Assembly (NCBI GenBank): GCA_963693365.1
Contig: CAVNZM010000011.1
Location: forward strand, 7,987,937-8,051,936
Length of the DNA stretch: 64,000 nt
Source of the DNA: Amoebidium appalachense
Taxonomy: Eukaryota; Protista; Ichthyosporea
Direction of reading: 5' to 3'
Positions within the stretch are counted from its first letter, which is position 1. Each line of letters opens with the position of its first letter. The position numbers were made by a program, and so were the translations under genes. This document shows, piece after piece, positions 61,273 to 64,000 of the stretch. The notes beneath the pieces were generated by a model. That model saw only the letters and a program-made list of their open reading frames with translations. It searched no databases and had not been told where the DNA came from.

Positions 61273-62990
61273 CAATGCACTGACTCGAGTGACTCACTGG
61301 ATCGCCCAGCGTACGCGAGAATAAGAAGACCTGAGAAAACAGCTACATAGGTCCGGCAGGTCAGGAGCGAGCCCGTGCCAGCGGGTTGACTTTGACTTGA
61401 CTCTGCAGTTCGAAGTATGAAGTTCAAACGAGATGTGGGCGAGAATTTGAAGAACTGAAGGGGGAAATTTTTTTTTAAAAAAAAATAGAGTAGGTAAAAG
61501 GGAACATCGATCGGAAGGATCTTCAGAACGAACTTGCTTGCAATTTGGGCACAACCAAATTTAACCAATCATCTTTGATGCTTTGTTTACATAGCCATAT
61601 ATGGCTATTTATCAGATAGAAAGCAGGGTAGGGATTACGAAAAAAAATCGTCGTAATTACGATTAACGAGAGACCCCGATATGAATAAGGTCAGGGTACC
61701 GTCGTAACCGCTTTCGTATCAGGTGTGTAGCATTATAAACGCTTGAATATGTAATTTTCCCTATTTTTTCAATATTTCTGTTCAAGAACAGCACATTCCC
61801 CCCCAAGAACACATCTACAGCGCTTCTCATGTGCAATATCGAGCCCCGATAAGTTTCCAGGGCCTGTAATCTTGCGGTACTCAATTTGTAAAAACACGTA
61901 TTTTGAGTTTTGCGACTGGAGGCCGGGCGTTTTACAGGCGGGGCTTGCAGCTCCCCAAGAACCCACCCGTTACTACAGATTAAAAATTGTCCGTTACGAT
62001 TGGCCAAAGGGCGATACGGTTAAGCTGGCGAACCCCAGCCCAACTCTGATAGAAAGGGCACATGCTCAGTGAAACAACACTGCTCACAGTCTGACAGTCT
62101 GACCTCGCTGTTCACGCACATCCACTGTATGTGCGTGAACAGCCAGGTCCAGGTCCAGCTGGGTTTAGCTAAGCCTTAGCAAAATCGGGACTGAAATCCA
62201 GCCTGATTACCCTCAAAGCGGTCAGCGGCGGACAATCCAGACCGCCGGCTGGCTGCTTTTTCGGATCCGCGGCCCTGGCGGGTCTTATTCTTCATAGAGA
62301 GCACATTATACTCATTAATACCTATTGATAAAATCAAGTTATAAAAGGCCGAAAGTGTGTGATTGTTTTATAAAATGTACCATAATTCCTGGCATCCCTT
62401 TCGCAAGTCAATGTTTTTTTTTCTTCCTTTGGCGACCGCCTTCCTTCCAAACCTTAAATATACAAACGCTTAGTCTATTTTGCGCTGACCATAAATTACG
62501 CACATGGCAACAGCATTTCTTGAGAAAAATTAAAGGTATCTTATATAAATGATCTCTACCCAATGGGTGATCTTAAGCGCAAACTTTTGACCAATCCGAT
62601 GAATCCGAAATCCAGACCTCGGTTGCGAAAAACGACCTTCGATTTTTGTAACCGAAGTCTGGATTTCTGCGAAGGAATGCAAAATCCAGACGTCCAGATC
62701 TAATCACACACATCTTTGGTCTGATACGGCATATGCCAGTACTATGCTAGGTCTCCCTAACAAAAAAATACTATTGGGGTTTCCTATACCCCCTTGCCTT
62801 TTTAGGGTAGGCTGTTATGACTTGTCATGCTCCCGTATCACCGGCTCAAATTGACTAACTTTCCTATTGGCTTCTGTTTGGCACCCGCAAGAGTAGCACA
62901 CCAAACACTGTTGAGCATATTAGTTTTTGCCGCCTGCAACCCCTGCAGTCATTAGGGGAACAGTGCCTGTGCGCTCCGGATGCAGGCACC

Positions 62991-64000
62991 ATGACGCGTA
63001 CAGTGGGTAGCAAGAATAAAAGCCGGGGTAGGGCCGGTGGCAAGAGAGAGAATGCTGGCCGGCCCACTAGCTTGAGTAAGGCTGCAAGTGGAAACCAAAG
63101 TATAGTTTCCTTCTTTCCTAAACTGCAACAGGCTGTGCAGGTAGCTCAGGGGGAGCGTGAAAGTCGTGCTGAGGTGGGGGGGCCATCGATTCCTATAACA
63201 TTGGTGGTTTCGGCTCTGTTAGTAACGAGTGGGTAATCAACCAAGCAGGCTTAGGTACGTTAGATGACTCGGGCCCGGGCCCTGAAGTAGCAGAGAACAT
63301 GGATAGGCCACCCGAGTTGTACACGAATGAAGAGGGAGAAAACCCGATGTTCGCGAATGACCCACCCCGCCTACTCTGGGAACGTGACGGCGAGGAGTTT
63401 ATTCCTCCTCCCCAACCGGAGGATGCATCCATACTGCATGGGTATTCAATGACCATTCAACATCGGTTGAGACTAGAGCGCACAGAGGCGAAAGCAATAC
63501 CTACCAGGGGCATACCCACAGTTCCCGCCTATAGGCAGGGGTTTTGGATCTACCCTCCGCGCAATCACTCGGTCGAAGATAGGAAGCCCAATAAATATTA
63601 CTACCCGCCCGCGTTTGTATGGTTGCCAGACGAGATAGACCAAGGCTATGCAGACCAGGGGCTTCCCTGCTACAAATGAGACAACAGGCAGACGTACTTC
63701 TATTGCTGGCCGTCTAACCCCCCCGCGCGCCGCATTGTCAGCTTGCACGGCTGTTATTACCTCTTCACAGCCCGTTACAAGTGCGAGCACTGTAATGTAA
63801 CGTTTGCAGGCACCAAGGAGGGCTTTCTGGCCAAACTGCCTGAGCACATCACAGCACACTTTCCAGCCGTCCTTAGCCACCGGGGCGGGGTGGATGCGTC
63901 AGTAGTCCATGTAATGCGCTTTTGTGCCGGTAGTGGTGGGGCCCGTCGAAGGTCAGAGATATGTTAACGGAGTTGCACTACAAGAACCACACCCGTGCCG
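62991..64000 (+). pseudogene. Intronless transposon-type ORF with a Cys-cluster domain (DUF6729-like), interrupted and 3'-partial
   Basis: Joined reading: MTRTVGSKNK...GGKRENAGRP...NQSIVSFF [frameshift at G-run ~63176-63182] ...GFWIYPP...YYYPPAFVWLP...LPCYK*(TGA 63677-63679)DNRQTYFYCWPSNPPARRIVSLHGCYYLFTARYKCEHCNVTF...LAKLPEHITAHFPAVLSHRGGVD...[frameshift ~63938]GPSKVRDMLTELH. The motif order matches my recollection of DUF6729 proteins. The region lacks host-type microsatellites. Confidence 0.6.

Noticed and set aside
61663-62007. 114-aa minus-strand ORF in unique sequence
   Set aside because: No recognisable motif and no evidence it is coding.

Overview
Eukaryotic, intron-dense genomic DNA extremely rich in microsatellites and homopolymers ((CA)n/(GT)n, poly-C/poly-G). 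The organism is probably a unicellular opisthokont or holozoan, but this is inferred only from gene content and intron style. Most entries in the supplied ORF track are artefacts of simple repeats. Hand-assembling exons across GT-AG introns gives four host genes: (1) PSMD2/RPN1 proteasome subunit, minus strand, 22 exons in the window, running off the left edge; (2) an intronless NKAP-family gene on the plus strand, head-to-head with PSMD2 and carrying a 1-nt G-run frameshift; (3) a ~26.7-kb WDR7/rabconnectin-3beta gene on the minus strand; (4) a PCI-type (CSN8/PSMD8/eIF3K-like) gene on the minus strand. Mobile DNA comprises a decayed Gypsy-like LTR element (164-bp LTRs, 4-bp TSD, TG...AA ends) whose 3' LTR is split by a hAT-like MITE with an 8-bp TSD, a TA-flanked MITE in a WDR7 intron, and a Cys-cluster (DUF6729-like) transposon-type ORF at the right edge with an in-frame TGA at a Cys position. 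The most notable unexplained pattern is intron architecture: many introns are G/GU-rich after the donor and C/AC-rich before the acceptor, often with no polypyrimidine tract, and minisatellites repeatedly abut splice sites. No database searches were run; family assignments are from recalled motifs.
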